Below are positions 63,001 to 64,000 of a stretch of DNA of 64,000 nt, piece after piece (within the stretch, counting starts at the first letter, position 1; the number at the start of each line of letters is the position of its first letter). The notes under the pieces are model-generated. The model saw only the letters and a list, made by a program, of their open reading frames with translations. It was not told the DNA's origin and ran no database searches. The stretch covers positions 124,001 through 188,000 of the forward strand of contig JANJGN010000042.1 in assembly GCA_026770705.1 (NCBI GenBank). The letters are read 5' to 3'. This stretch comes from Isurus oxyrinchus. Its lineage: Eukaryota. A program made the translations under genes and the position numbers.

Positions 63001-64000
63001 ATAACCCATAACCTGTTTCAGTATTCACTGTAATACACACTGTCTCAGTTTATAATAACCCATAACCTGTTTCAGTATTCACTGTAATACGCACTGTCTC
63101 AGTTTATAATAACCCATAACCTGTTTCAGTATTCACTGTAATACACACTGTCTCAGTTTTTAATAACACATAACTTGTTTTAGTATTCACTGTAATAGAC
63201 GCTGTCTCAGTTTATAATAACCCATAACCTGTTTCAGTATTCACTGTAATACACACTGCCTCAGTTTATAATAACCCATAACCTGTATCAGTATTCACTG
63301 TAATACACATTGTCTCAGTTTATAATAACCCATGACCTGTTTCAGTATTTACTGTAATACACACTGTATCAGTTTATAATAACCCATAACCTGTTTCAGT
63401 ATTCACTGTAATACACACTGTCTCAGTTTATAATAACCCATAACCTGTTTCAGTATTCACTGTAATACACAGTGTCTCAGTTTATGTTAGCCCATAACCT
63501 GTTTCAGTATTCACTGTAATACACACTGTCTCAGTTTATGATAACCCATAACCTGTTTCAGTATTCACTGTAATACACACTGTCTCAGTTTATAATAACC
63601 CATAACCTGTTTCAGTATTCACTGTAATACGCACTGTCTCAGTTTATAATAACCCATAACCTGTTTCAGTATTCACTGTAATAAACACTGTCTCAGTTTT
63701 TAATAACCCATAAACTGTTTCAGTATTCACTGTAATACACACTGTCTCAGTTTATAATAACCCATAACCTGTTTCAGTATTCACTGTAATAGACCCTGCC
63801 TCAGTTTATAATAACCCATAACCTGTATCAGTATTCACTGTAATACACATTGTCTCAGTTTAAAATAACCCATAACCTGTTTCATTATTCACTGTAATAC
63901 AACCTGTCTCAGTTTATAATAACCCATAACCTGTTTCAGTAATCACTGTAATACACACTGTCTCAGTTTATAATAACCCATAACCTGTTTCAGTATTCAC
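33066..64000. repeat. 54-bp AT-rich tandem satellite, at least 31 kb (about 570 monomers), running off the window
   Basis: Consensus CTGTCTCAGTTTATAATAACCCATAAC-CTGTTTCAGTATTCACTGTAATACACA. Usually 0-3 substitutions per monomer, only three indels noticed, no spacers and no ORFs. Confidence 0.99.

Noticed and set aside
33066-64000. CRISPR-like array or coding repeat
   Set aside because: The monomers are head-to-tail with no unique spacers, the context is a vertebrate genome with no cas genes, and the ORF track shows nothing here.

Overview
Cartilaginous-fish (shark) genomic DNA; the constant exons closely resemble horn shark (Heterodontus) IgM as I recall it. Bases 1-15.6 kb hold one unrearranged, apparently intact cluster-type IgM heavy-chain minilocus on the minus strand: promoter, leader, VH, D1, D2, JH, CH1-CH4 with secretory tail and polyA signal. 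All six RSSs are readable and splice phases are compatible. The transmembrane exons are not in the window and are expected beyond the left edge. The VH and leader look IgW-like rather than canonical shark IgM VH, and CH2 is divergent. The J-CH1 intron has a GATA/GACA compound repeat with N runs and a palindromic Penelope-like repeat remnant that keeps a minimal hammerhead ribozyme core on the transcribed strand. Bases 15.6-33 kb are mostly decayed CR1/L2 LINEs, SINEs and minisatellites, with two duplicated CTCF-like motifs. From about 33.06 kb to the window end is a homogeneous 54-bp satellite (about 570 monomers, each a 2x27-bp dimer) with multi-kb higher-order duplications. Degenerate relatives of the satellite are scattered between 20 and 33 kb. 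Repeat boundaries are approximate and family names come from recalled consensus sequences, not searches.
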